Positions 16,358 through 26,126 of a DNA stretch of 64,000 nt are shown piece by piece. This DNA comes from Erysipelotrichaceae bacterium (GTDB lineage: Bacteria; Bacillota_I; Bacilli_A; Erysipelotrichales; Erysipelotrichaceae): assembly GCA_030523555.1 (NCBI GenBank), contig JAUNIH010000002.1, positions 7,938 through 71,937 of the forward strand. The letters are read 5' to 3'. The position numbers and the translations under genes were made by a program. Every line of letters begins with the position of its first letter. Position 1 is the stretch's first letter. Below the pieces are notes generated by a model. The model worked only from the letters and a program-made list of their open reading frames with translations, did not search any database and was not told where the DNA came from.

Positions 16358-17545
16358 CTATAAACCTTTAGTTACATCGGTCAGATTGACCAGAGTGTTG
16401 TTTTTGTTGTTGGTGCCGGTAATAATTCTGAATAACTTATTAATCATCCAGAACGGCAGCATAATATTCTGTTCTTTGATCTTAAAGACAACTCTGGCGA
16501 AGAAAGACTTAACCTTATACTTCCAGATACCTTTAATCTCTTCTTTATTTTCTACATAATCAGTCATCATCTTATCGTAGAAATCATTTGATAAAGTTTC
16601 TAACGAATAAATGGTTTCTGCTTCCCTGTAACAGTTTCTTGATATACTCTTTCTAAGTTCCTCATCTTCAATCAGTAAACTTATCGCATTAAACCAGTCA
16701 TCACTGTTGTTGGATACCAGTAAACCGTTATCTCTGTCTCTTATGCCATATACATAAGGTACACAGTCGGTATAAATACCGGCTATGCCATATGAAGCGT
16801 ACTCTACATATTTGTTGATATACTTGCAGGAATGAAAGTCGGTTACAGGCATTGGTGCCAGTCCGATATCCCAGTTAGCCTCGCCCATGGTTTCGGTATA
16901 CTTCTTATAACCTTCCTGATAAGGAATATGATGAAGCTTGTACTTATCGACAATTGCCGGTTTTGCCCCCATGAATTCTACAGATACCTTATCACCATAT
17001 TTTTCAATGATTCTTATAAGAGCGTCTTCCAGGATTGTATTGATATCCTGAGTCCTGTCTATTGATCCCGCAAAACCGATCTTGATCTTATCGTTTACTT
17101 TTCTTTCTCCACCTACACCCAAAGATGGTTCATCAATCAGAAAACGATTCTTAAAGTCTTTACCGTACTTTTCATATAAGACATGAGATGGTGTAAGAAA
17201 TGTATCACAGTTTCCCAATAAACCTTTAATATTTTTCTTGATAGATGGTAATGCATAGTACTTATAACTGCTGGCGTATTCTGGAAGATTAAGTAAATCA
17301 TCATCCAGTACATAGACAAGATGTCTTTTCCCTTTCAGCATACATGAAGCATAATACTCGATGTCACTTTCGCTTCTTACAAAAACCACGACATCAGCCC
17401 AGCTCATATCTTCATCATTGATGGCTCCTGCCATCAGAAACTTATAGTTTACTTTCCCAGCATTCTTTAGATACAGCATCTGTGTGTGCCCACACAGAAG
17501 TACTGAAGGAATAAGCGAATGGGAAATAATCAGAACATTAATCAT
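16358..17545 (-). CDS. GT-B-fold glycosyltransferase-like protein with an amphipathic C-terminal tail (family unassigned)
   Basis: The C-terminal half, IGFAGSIDRT...DIGLAPMPVTDFHSCKYINKYVEYASYGIAGIYTDCVPY...NGLLV, resembles GT1-type domains. The start overlaps the ABC ATPase stop by 8 nt. Confidence 0.5.
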   Translation of the reverse strand: MINVLIISHSLIPSVLLCGHTQMLYLKNAGKVNYKFLMAGAINDEDMSWADVVVFVRSESDIEYYASCMLKGKRHLVYVLDDDLLNLPEYASSYKYYALPSIKKNIKGLLGNCDTFLTPSHVLYEKYGKDFKNRFLIDEPSLGVGGERKVNDKIKIGFAGSIDRTQDINTILEDALIRIIEKYGDKVSVEFMGAKPAIVDKYKLHHIPYQEGYKKYTETMGEANWDIGLAPMPVTDFHSCKYINKYVEYASYGIAGIYTDCVPYVYGIRDRDNGLLVSNNSDDWFNAISLLIEDEELRKSISRNCYREAETIYSLETLSNDFYDKMMTDYVENKEEIKGIWKYKVKSFFARVVFKIKEQNIMLPFWMINKLFRIITGTNNKNNTLVNLTDVTKGL

Positions 17546-18284
17546 GTTTCTTCTGAGACTCCTTATAAGCCTCGCAGATCTTCTTTGAATCTCCGAAATC
17601 TACAACTTTACCATGTTCTAGCCAGATAACCTTGTTGCACATCTCTTCAATCTTTTCGATATCGTGGGATACAAACAGTACTGTCGCACCGCCTGACATC
17701 AGTTCTTTCATTCGATTTAAACTCTTTTCCTGGAACTGCGCATCACCTACCGACAATATTTCATCAACAATCAGTATCTCCGGCTGTACAACCGATGCAA
17801 TTGAGAAAGCAAGTCTTGCCATCATACCCGAAGAATAGTTACGGATAGGCATATCGATAAATTCTCTTATTTCCGCAAAATCAACAATCTCTTCATACTT
17901 TGATTCAAGATATTCTTTAGAATAACCAAGCACCGCACCATTCAGATAAATGTTTTCTTTACCCGTTAATTCCAAATCAAACCCCGCGCCCAACTCTAAC
18001 ATTGGCACAATATTGCCTCTGGTAATAATGGTTCCACTTGTAGGCTTAAGAATACCGGATATAAGTTTCAGTGTAGTGGATTTACCTGCACCGTTTCTGC
18101 CGATTAAACCCAGAGTATCTCCCTTATCAAGAGTAAAGGAAAGATCATCCACCGCCAGGAATTCATTAAATTTGAGATTTCCTTTCAAAGCTGTGGTAAA
18201 TATCTCTTTTAATGAGTTGATAGGTTTATCACTCATTCTGAATTTCATATTCACATTTTTTACTTCAATTATCTTTTCAGCCAT
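17538..18284 (-). CDS. Polysaccharide/teichoic-acid ABC exporter ATP-binding protein (Wzt/TagH/RgpD type, no C-terminal carbohydrate-binding domain)
   Basis: Walker A GRNGAGKST, signature YSSGMMARLAF and Walker B ILIVDEILSVGD. 248 aa. Confidence 0.9.
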   Translation of the reverse strand: MAEKIIEVKNVNMKFRMSDKPINSLKEIFTTALKGNLKFNEFLAVDDLSFTLDKGDTLGLIGRNGAGKSTTLKLISGILKPTSGTIITRGNIVPMLELGAGFDLELTGKENIYLNGAVLGYSKEYLESKYEEIVDFAEIREFIDMPIRNYSSGMMARLAFSIASVVQPEILIVDEILSVGDAQFQEKSLNRMKELMSGGATVLFVSHDIEKIEEMCNKVIWLEHGKVVDFGDSKKICEAYKESQKKHD

Positions 18285-18294
18285 AACTCACCTC

Positions 18295-19716
18295 TTAGAG
18301 ATATAAAGTAAACTTGTCCTGTGTCTTCTTAAACACAAAGGCACCAAACGCTAAAGAAACTACCGCAAATATCAGACAGTAGATATAAGCCATAGGTTCA
18401 GGTGATATACCTTCCATAAGACATTTTCTGATATTACCCAGGAAGTGGTATAAAGGATTGAATCTTACCACAAACTTGTACTGTTCAGGGATAATTTCGG
18501 CTGTATAGAAAATAGGTGTCGCATACATCAGTATCTGCGATAATACACTCCATAAGAACTGAATATCTCTGAAAAATACCATTAAAGCCGCCAGGAACAT
18601 TCCCACGCCAAGTGAAAAGACAATCAGACATGCCAGGAAATAGAATATCAGTAAGGCTGCCGGTTTGATTGCCACACCCATAATCAGCGTAACAAGAATC
18701 AAAGGTACCAGAGATATTCCCAGGTTGATTGATGAAGAAATAGTCCTCGCCAAAGGGAATATATACTTTGGGATATAAACCTTATTAATCAGATTGGCGT
18801 TTCCCGAAATAGACAGTAAGCACATATCTGTTGTTTCCTTAAAGAAGTTCCAGCAGATAACACCAGCCAGCAGATATACCGGATAAGACTGGGTATCAGC
18901 TCTGAAAATTGTAGAGAATACCAGAAACTGAACAGTCATTGTAAGTAACGGATTCAGGAAACTCCATAAAACACCCAGAATAGATCTCTTATATTTTGAT
19001 TTGAAATCTCTTGATACAAGCTGAGAAATAAGGAAATAATATCTTTCAACAGCAAGTATAGCCAGAGTAATGAGATTGTTTTTACCCTTCTGATAATCCT
19101 TATATGTTTTAAATAAAACAGCAGACAGAATTAATGCCAGTACACCCATAATTGGGAAATAATAATCAGCAAGCGGAATATGATCTCTACCGGATACGCT
19201 GAAACAGATAGTACCCTTCTGTTTAATTGTTCCCGGATTGACAAAGGTGTTCATAGAATTGTCTTTACAGATCATCATATAGACACCATTGTTCTTGATA
19301 CAGTCAGAAGTAATTCTTAATACAAGTTTCTTGCCACTGTAACCTGTGATTGGTTCATCAATAGTCAGGTAAATTCTATGCTGCTCAGGAATATTAGTCG
19401 CATCCAGAGTATCTTTATAAATCACTGTACTACCATCAAGAATTTCAACCTTGACCTTGCCTGAAGCTTCACGGTACTGTTTGGTAAATACCAGAGCAAT
19501 TTCTTCAATCATATCGATATTACAGGTAAATTCCTGTTCTACCTTGACACCCTTAATGATTTCTTCGCTTATCGCATTGGCTTCAACTATCGCTATATTT
19601 CCTGCAGAATCCTTAGACGTCAGCTGTTCACCTGCCAGAAAATAAAAAGACCCGACAAACGCGATAAATATTACAACTGCAGATATAAATATCTTTCTCA
19701 ATTTACTTTCATTCAT
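18295..19716 (-). CDS. ABC-2 permease (Wzm/TagG/RgpC type) with a roughly 200-aa N-terminal TM-ectodomain-TM extension
   Basis: The ABC-2 core starts at LISQLVSRDFKSKYKRSILGVLWSFLNP. The preceding segment is TM1 (IFISAVVIFIAFVGSFYF), a beta-rich domain, then TM2. Confidence 0.85.
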   Translation of the reverse strand: MNESKLRKIFISAVVIFIAFVGSFYFLAGEQLTSKDSAGNIAIVEANAISEEIIKGVKVEQEFTCNIDMIEEIALVFTKQYREASGKVKVEILDGSTVIYKDTLDATNIPEQHRIYLTIDEPITGYSGKKLVLRITSDCIKNNGVYMMICKDNSMNTFVNPGTIKQKGTICFSVSGRDHIPLADYYFPIMGVLALILSAVLFKTYKDYQKGKNNLITLAILAVERYYFLISQLVSRDFKSKYKRSILGVLWSFLNPLLTMTVQFLVFSTIFRADTQSYPVYLLAGVICWNFFKETTDMCLLSISGNANLINKVYIPKYIFPLARTISSSINLGISLVPLILVTLIMGVAIKPAALLIFYFLACLIVFSLGVGMFLAALMVFFRDIQFLWSVLSQILMYATPIFYTAEIIPEQYKFVVRFNPLYHFLGNIRKCLMEGISPEPMAYIYCLIFAVVSLAFGAFVFKKTQDKFTLYL

Positions 19717-19737
19717 AACTTATTTATTATACCAATT

Positions 19738-20649
19738 TTAAATATAGTTGACCAACACCAGCACCTTAAAGAACAGGTCATTAATGGTATGTGACTTAAA
19801 ACATTCCATGCTCATCAGTTTCCTTTTATATGAAGAATTATTCATATAGTTGGCTACTATATCTATCTTTTCTCTTCTATCCTCATCACATTCATCGCCA
19901 TATACTTTTAAAAGTGATTTAGCTGTATTTGATCTGTAACATTTACTTTTACCATTTAAAAATCTTGATACTCTGCCCTTGAACTCTTCAAAGCCTTTGG
20001 CATTCATGCCAATCTCATTATTCCCGTGCTGACGGTAATAGATATAAGAATTATGATCTAAGATAACCTTACCGAACAGTGCCGTAACCCTATGAATAAT
20101 CGCATCATGTATCACAAAGTATTCTTCATCAACATCATATTTAAGTGCCATCTTTCTTGCCTTGTCATTAAACACAAAAGTACAGCCTGGAGCTGTATGA
20201 TAAATCAATGAGTGTTCAAAATCAGCAAAATCATACAATGATGATATTTCTGAGTTTATAGGATTCAGCATTTCATCGGTTAATGTATATCTTCCACAAT
20301 ATAAAAGCGGAACACTGTTATCTTCTTTCTTCAGCATCTCTACCGCTTTTTCAAGTTTTTCCTTCATCCAGACATCATCCTGATCACAGAATGCATAGTA
20401 ATCTGCATCTTCACACTTCTTCAAAAGATTCCAGAATGATTTTCCAGCACCAAGATTTTTACCCTTATAGAATTCAATAAAGTCATAATCATTCATATAT
20501 TCTTCAATGATGCTTAGAGTTTCATCTTTAGAACCATCATCACGGATAATTATTTTGGTCGGAAGTAAAGTCTGACTTAAAAGAGAATCGAGCTGTTCTC
20601 TTAAATACTTTTCTCCGTTATATGTCGATAATAAAACTATCAGTTTCAT
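19738..20649 (-). CDS. Glycosyltransferase family 2 (rhamnosyltransferase-like)
   Basis: IVLLSTYNGEKYLREQLDSLLSQT...IIIRDDGSKDET...FCDQDDVW. Confidence 0.8.
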   Translation of the reverse strand: MKLIVLLSTYNGEKYLREQLDSLLSQTLLPTKIIIRDDGSKDETLSIIEEYMNDYDFIEFYKGKNLGAGKSFWNLLKKCEDADYYAFCDQDDVWMKEKLEKAVEMLKKEDNSVPLLYCGRYTLTDEMLNPINSEISSLYDFADFEHSLIYHTAPGCTFVFNDKARKMALKYDVDEEYFVIHDAIIHRVTALFGKVILDHNSYIYYRQHGNNEIGMNAKGFEEFKGRVSRFLNGKSKCYRSNTAKSLLKVYGDECDEDRREKIDIVANYMNNSSYKRKLMSMECFKSHTINDLFFKVLVLVNYI

Positions 20650-21746
20650 TTCTTCAGTTCCTCAATAATTGACACACATTCTTTTTCGAATATCTCATAT
20701 GTAAAATGTTCATTATAAAAATCAGTGAACTTCTTATTATCCTTTCTTAATTCAATAAGTTTTTTTGCATCAATAACAGTGCCTTTTTCAATATTAAAAC
20801 CGACCCCATCTTCTTCAACCATCTTCCAGGTATCGCCTTTGATGTTGTTGAGAATTGGTAAACCATGTAAGAAGTAGTCAATACATTTAACAGTTAATCC
20901 TATATATAAACCTTCCTTATAGAAATTTATACCCGCATGACATTTCTTTAATATCGGCGCTTTTCTTTCTTCGTCTCTTATTACGCCATGATACTCCACT
21001 TCACATACTTCTTTTAAGGAGTTAATAAACTCATCAGTCTTTTCACCTTCACCAATGATATTTAACTTAACAGAATAATCAATATCCCTGATCATCTTTT
21101 TAATGCCTTCAATATCAATGATGTTGTTGATAGAGCCAAGATAAATCAAAGATAGTATGTCATCATCAGCTTCACATACTGATTCCATAGCCTTATCTTC
21201 TTTTGCCCACCTTAAGACTCTGATATCTTTTCCATATTCTTTAGATAATATCTCATTATATAGAGCGCATTCCCCTACCAGAATATCAGCACATCGAATG
21301 TTGTCCTTACGTATATTCTTCCACAAGTTTAAAGGGAACATATTTTTATCAACTGATACCGGCAAAGACTCTGGCCACATATCAATAATATCAATGACTA
21401 GTTTTGTATCAGGATTATTATTTTTATATTTATTGGCTTCCTTGATTAAAGAATTGGCAGGTGCCATCAGCCAGATAAAATCAGGTTTTTCTTTTTTTAA
21501 AACTTCAAAGGCTTCTTTCGCGAATTTGTCATGCGAAGCTAAACGTGCAATCGAAAGATTCTTTTTATATGGCTTTGTATCAATTGCGATGTATCCTTCA
21601 GGAACATTATTTCTTTCTTCTTTTCTGATATGCGAAAAATCAGAAGTTATGATATCTGTCTTATAACCCTGTTTTTCCAGTATTTTCTTAATGTATCCGA
21701 CACGTTCTTCATTGGATTCAAAACATGTCACAACAAAGGCGTTCAA
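20646..21746 (-). CDS. GT4 glycosyltransferase (WcaI/WbuB-like)
   Basis: The DIIDMWPESLP motif is typical of WbuB/WcaI-like GT4 enzymes. TTG start sits behind a GGAG SD. Confidence 0.6.
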   Translation of the reverse strand: MNAFVVTCFESNEERVGYIKKILEKQGYKTDIITSDFSHIRKEERNNVPEGYIAIDTKPYKKNLSIARLASHDKFAKEAFEVLKKEKPDFIWLMAPANSLIKEANKYKNNNPDTKLVIDIIDMWPESLPVSVDKNMFPLNLWKNIRKDNIRCADILVGECALYNEILSKEYGKDIRVLRWAKEDKAMESVCEADDDILSLIYLGSINNIIDIEGIKKMIRDIDYSVKLNIIGEGEKTDEFINSLKEVCEVEYHGVIRDEERKAPILKKCHAGINFYKEGLYIGLTVKCIDYFLHGLPILNNIKGDTWKMVEEDGVGFNIEKGTVIDAKKLIELRKDNKKFTDFYNEHFTYEIFEKECVSIIEELKK

Positions 21747-21759
21747 TTATCAAACTCCA

Positions 21760-23856
21760 TTAATTGATATAAGTATAAGACAGAACATACATTATTACTT
21801 CAAAGAAGATAATAAAGAATGACATCAGAATATATTTATCAAACTTCTTGGAGAAGCCGATCTTTCCGTTATTAAAGATAGAGAAGAAGTAAGCCAGTAA
21901 TGGACTGAAGTATCTTCCCTGTATGCCCTGGATAATAGGCCCACCATAATCTTCGATAATGGTCTGGTCAACTTCTGTCCATGATATGAACATTCCACCC
22001 AGTATCATTAAGGCAGCTATCACACATAAGAAAATATAAAGGACTTTTGTGAAAATTGGTTCAACATAATTTTCTTTTCTGAAAGCTGTAACGAACAACA
22101 GACCTGTTATAACATGTACAAGACTTAGTGGAAGAATCAGGGAATCACCTGATAAAGTTCTTCCAAATGAAGAATAGAACCAGAATTTGATACAGTATCT
22201 GATTGTGCGCATAAAGATAACCAGAGTTTCATATGGATGATTAATTACATATGAAAAATTATAGATACCTTCTTCAGCATATGGATGAACAACTCCACTG
22301 CCACTTACAGCCAGCCCAAATACCCCGGTATTGTTGCCTAGCATCAGTGTATTATTCGTAGTAAACATAAAGGTTTTTTCAATAAACTTGCGTATTGCGC
22401 GGAATACCAGTTCCCACAACATACTGGTCATAAAATAAACCATTGGCAGCAACAGTATAATCGTTCCGATTATCTTTGATTTTTTATCCTTATACCTGGA
22501 TACAGGTACAAAGATATACATTAAGGTAAACAAAGAATAGACCACCTTAACTGGAGATATCAGAAGATTTACTATAAAGACAAAGATATAATCTTTCCAG
22601 TCTATCTTTTCTTCCTGATACATCCATTTCAGGAAATTGGCAATTACCAGAAAAGACAATGCATTGATATAACAGTCATATGAATATGATGCCGCCTGCT
22701 GCATAAACATCGGACAGGTCACGAGAATTCCAAACAAAAGTTTATGTACAGGTGTTCTCTTTATCGCAAGATATATACACAATACATAGAATAAAAGATT
22801 AAAGAATCTTCCCATATAGAAAGTCCTTAACATATTCCAATTAAAGATTCTTGCCAGAGTAATACCTATAGCTTGCGGTATAAAACACACCTTGTAGTAT
22901 TCATCAATGTCATTACCCATCGGTACCATATTGTCTTTTAGTGTAAGTGGACGATTGATTCTGTTGATTAGACGCATATAGGCAGCTGAAACATTCAAAT
23001 GTCCTGCAAAAGAACCATAGTTCTGATATTCTTCATCAAAGTAAAGATGATTTTCGCCGTCGCCCATCATATAGTTTGATACCTGGAAGGCAAACTCGTA
23101 ATGAGCTGTCTCATCAGGAACCGACATCGGCGTAATAACAATCATATATGTCAGACCAAATGTCAGCGCCATAAATGCGAACAGCACTTCCATCTTTGGT
23201 TCAATCAATAACATCAGTAATATCAGTAATGTCACAATAACCGCCATCCAGATAATGATGAAATTATTAAAACCTGTCAGTTCAGGAGAATCAATCAGGA
23301 ATCTGATGGTCAGATCACCGTTTTCTATAAATTCTTTATCAACAGTCAAAGAACTGTTCCCAAAGCACTTTTCGTTAGAATAATAGACACCCATCCCCTT
23401 ACCTTCAACACTGTTGGAAGTAATGATGACCATAATATTGGTTTCTTTTTCTCTATAAAGATTCTCTGTAAACTTTATATTGTAAAAGGCATTATCCTGT
23501 ACTTCATTTACATCAACCCATTTGTTGGCATAGACAGTCTTGGTGTCCATACCGATAACTCTGACATTTACCTGCCCTTCAATATTAGGATCCGCGAATG
23601 TCGCAAACTTCACACATATGCTTTCCGAACTATCGAGCTGATCAGTAGGAATAATAGACCTGATTTCCGTATTTTCCGTTACTTCAACCACATTCTGATT
23701 AAGCTCATTGCCTACAGACTCTTTACCATGAGTATCCTTATAATAATTAACAGTATAAAAGACAGTTATTGCCCATATCACAAGAAAACCCAATAAGATA
23801 AACTTATTCTTTTTAAAGTTCTCTTTAACTCTTTCCCATAAACTCTTCTTTTCCAT
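21760..23856 (-). CDS. Large polytopic GT-C-like membrane protein (DUF2142/GacL-like by recollection) with an N-terminal ectodomain
   Basis: 698 aa and more than 12 TM segments. The loop motif SVPDETAHYEFAF follows an early TM. It lies downstream of a GT2/DUF2304 pair, as GacL does. Confidence 0.55.
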   Translation of the reverse strand: MEKKSLWERVKENFKKNKFILLGFLVIWAITVFYTVNYYKDTHGKESVGNELNQNVVEVTENTEIRSIIPTDQLDSSESICVKFATFADPNIEGQVNVRVIGMDTKTVYANKWVDVNEVQDNAFYNIKFTENLYREKETNIMVIITSNSVEGKGMGVYYSNEKCFGNSSLTVDKEFIENGDLTIRFLIDSPELTGFNNFIIIWMAVIVTLLILLMLLIEPKMEVLFAFMALTFGLTYMIVITPMSVPDETAHYEFAFQVSNYMMGDGENHLYFDEEYQNYGSFAGHLNVSAAYMRLINRINRPLTLKDNMVPMGNDIDEYYKVCFIPQAIGITLARIFNWNMLRTFYMGRFFNLLFYVLCIYLAIKRTPVHKLLFGILVTCPMFMQQAASYSYDCYINALSFLVIANFLKWMYQEEKIDWKDYIFVFIVNLLISPVKVVYSLFTLMYIFVPVSRYKDKKSKIIGTIILLLPMVYFMTSMLWELVFRAIRKFIEKTFMFTTNNTLMLGNNTGVFGLAVSGSGVVHPYAEEGIYNFSYVINHPYETLVIFMRTIRYCIKFWFYSSFGRTLSGDSLILPLSLVHVITGLLFVTAFRKENYVEPIFTKVLYIFLCVIAALMILGGMFISWTEVDQTIIEDYGGPIIQGIQGRYFSPLLAYFFSIFNNGKIGFSKKFDKYILMSFFIIFFEVIMYVLSYTYIN

Positions 23857-23859
23857 ATT

Positions 23860-25083
23860 CTACAATTCTAACATATTATAATTAACAGAGTTTAAACCAT
23901 CCAGATTATATTCCGGAACTTTATAACCCTTAATTATCTTCTTGATGTTTTCTACAATAAGTTCTACATCTGAACCTACCGTATCAAAACCGTATTCCTT
24001 AAGAATACGATAGCTAGGAGAGTTATCATCGCATATTCCCAGTACCGGTTTCTTAAGTAAAAGATATTCGACAATCTTACTAGGTAAATAAGGCTGAATC
24101 TTAGCTTCAGGCATCAATGTATCAAATAACAGTAAAACATCAGCCTTCTTCATCACATCAATTGATTCCTTATAGGAAACCTTGTCATGTAAGACAAAGA
24201 CATCTTCCAAACCATATTTCTTAATCAGTTCCACATCATTCTTCTGAATCTCTGAATACTGATGGAAAACAATCTTTTTACTCAAATCAGGATCTTCACT
24301 CTTTAATATTCTTAAAGCCTCAATAAAAGGTGTAACCTTTCTTAAACCATACAGTCTTCCTAAATGCGCTGCCTGAATAATCTCATTAGGTTCATGTTTA
24401 ACATCTATAATATCCTGATACATCTTCCAGTCAGGTATATAGGTTAAAGGCATAATAATTGATTTCTTTTTAAGTTCTTCGTAATTCTTATACTGTCTTA
24501 AAGTGAAATCTCTTTGTTCCTCACAGATAAAGATCAGTTTATCTGCATATTCAACCGCCGCCTCTTCATAGGCATCATTATAAAGACAATACGCACCTAC
24601 ATTAAACGCAATCTTATAAAAGATAGAACTGTCAGACAGATCGGTCTTCTTATAAGGAGATCCCTTGAAAGGATCAGAAAAGGAGGCATACCATTTTACT
24701 TCCGGATGTTTCTTTTTGATTCTTTTGCCCGCAATATGGGATATTCCGGGAACACTGGAAGTAAACAGATAATCATATTCTTTCTTTTCAAACTCTTTTA
24801 AAGAATCTTCAATATATTTATTCATCAATACTAATCCTGTGGGCAGTCTAAACGGATAGTTTCGAGGAACCGCCCAGTCAAGATCCGATGTATAGGCAAA
24901 ATTAAACTTCTTAAAGTTTTCGTCATTACTTAACTCATTTAAAATACCTGGATCTTCTTTCCCTTTAAAACAGAAAACATCAAAATCGAGATCCAGGTTT
25001 CTTAATCTTTTATATGAAAGTAATGTAACGGTGTCGTTATAAGGAAGAAAACTTCCCGGTACGACAAACATTCTATTTTTCAT
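23860..25083 (-). CDS. GT-B-fold glycosyltransferase-like protein (family unassigned)
   Basis: The C-terminal half, ADVLLLFDT...YLPSKIVEYLLLKKPVLGI, resembles the GT1 EX7E region. Confidence 0.5.
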   Translation of the reverse strand: MKNRMFVVPGSFLPYNDTVTLLSYKRLRNLDLDFDVFCFKGKEDPGILNELSNDENFKKFNFAYTSDLDWAVPRNYPFRLPTGLVLMNKYIEDSLKEFEKKEYDYLFTSSVPGISHIAGKRIKKKHPEVKWYASFSDPFKGSPYKKTDLSDSSIFYKIAFNVGAYCLYNDAYEEAAVEYADKLIFICEEQRDFTLRQYKNYEELKKKSIIMPLTYIPDWKMYQDIIDVKHEPNEIIQAAHLGRLYGLRKVTPFIEALRILKSEDPDLSKKIVFHQYSEIQKNDVELIKKYGLEDVFVLHDKVSYKESIDVMKKADVLLLFDTLMPEAKIQPYLPSKIVEYLLLKKPVLGICDDNSPSYRILKEYGFDTVGSDVELIVENIKKIIKGYKVPEYNLDGLNSVNYNMLEL

Positions 25084-25435
25084 TATGTTTCTTTTTTAGA
25101 TCTTCAAGTTCTTTCTTCAAGGCGCTTATTTCATATGTAAGACTGATTATTTCTTCATTATGTTTGGATATCATACAGTAAACATAAAAAGTCAGGGCAT
25201 ATAATAATCCAATCATTACCAGAAATACCGCATTTACCGGAAGTTCAATGCCCAATACCGATGCCAGGAAATAGAAAGATGTCGGATAAATGGCCATAAA
25301 TAAAGCCAGTAACGCCCATAATAACCAGACAATAGAATATTTAATATTTAATCTCTTCTTGATAACGGTGACAATAATCAGTATGAACACCATTAATGAA
25401 GCGAGCAGTAAACCTATTCTTAAACTTATACTCAT
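25073..25435 (-). CDS. DUF2304-type small membrane protein (GacJ-like partner of a polyprenyl-P GT2)
   Basis: 120 aa, 4 TM segments and a C-terminal coiled tail (EISALKKELEDLKKK). Immediately downstream of a short GT2. Confidence 0.7.
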   Translation of the reverse strand: MSISLRIGLLLASLMVFILIIVTVIKKRLNIKYSIVWLLWALLALFMAIYPTSFYFLASVLGIELPVNAVFLVMIGLLYALTFYVYCMISKHNEEIISLTYEISALKKELEDLKKKHNEK

Positions 25436-25445
25436 GGATAACCTC

Positions 25446-26111
25446 TTATCTTATAAAGATAATTGACAGCAGCGTCGCCATCATAAAGTAAATTGACTTG
25501 AAAGGATTGGCAAAGTATGATTCCCCTGCTTCTCTTTCTTTCATCTCAACCTGAACTTCTTTTACCTGATAACCCTTATGTAAGAGATAACATAACGCAT
25601 CAGGTTCAGCATAGAAGTTCATGGAATCCGCAAAATCCTGTATAACCTTCTTACCTAAAGCTCTCATACCGCTGGTAGGATCGCTGATAGTCTTTCCTGT
25701 TTTCAGTTTGATACATAAACAGAGAAGTCTGCTTCCTAACATCCTCATTGACCATGGTTTCTTTTCATCCACAAATCTCGAGCCAACAACATAGTCGTTT
25801 CCTTCTTCAATCGCATCAATTAAAGTAGAGATGTATTTTGGAGGATGCTGGCCATCCCCATCAATACACATGACACAGTCATAATCATGGTCTGCCGCAT
25901 ATTTTATACCGACTCTTGTCACACCTGCAAGACCTAAGTTAATAGGTAAATCAAGATGCGAAAAATCATTCTTTCTAAGAATTTCTTTCGTATTATCTTT
26001 TGAACAGTCATTGATAATCAGATAATCATATCCGTATTTACTTAAATTACCAATAAGTGCTTCAATATTTTCTGATTCGTTGTAACAGGGAATAATAACC
26101 AGTGTTTTCAT
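25446..26111 (-). CDS. GT2 polyprenyl-phosphate glycosyltransferase (GacI/DPM1-like)
   Basis: LVIIPCYNESENIEALI...IINDCSKDNT...CIDGDGQHPP. Confidence 0.8.
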   Translation of the reverse strand: MKTLVIIPCYNESENIEALIGNLSKYGYDYLIINDCSKDNTKEILRKNDFSHLDLPINLGLAGVTRVGIKYAADHDYDCVMCIDGDGQHPPKYISTLIDAIEEGNDYVVGSRFVDEKKPWSMRMLGSRLLCLCIKLKTGKTISDPTSGMRALGKKVIQDFADSMNFYAEPDALCYLLHKGYQVKEVQVEMKEREAGESYFANPFKSIYFMMATLLSIIFIR

Positions 26112-26126
26112 CTTTTAAATTATAGC

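Noticed and set aside
21157-21666. 169-aa plus-strand ORF antisense to the GT4 gene. Similar shadow ORFs lie at 35826-36242, 36749-37162, 51484-51849, 17950-18306, 33326-33655, 60441-60764 and elsewhere
   Set aside because: All lie entirely within well-supported minus-strand genes. They have Ser/Leu/Phe/Ile-rich translations typical of antisense frames in AT-rich DNA, and no SD or promoter.
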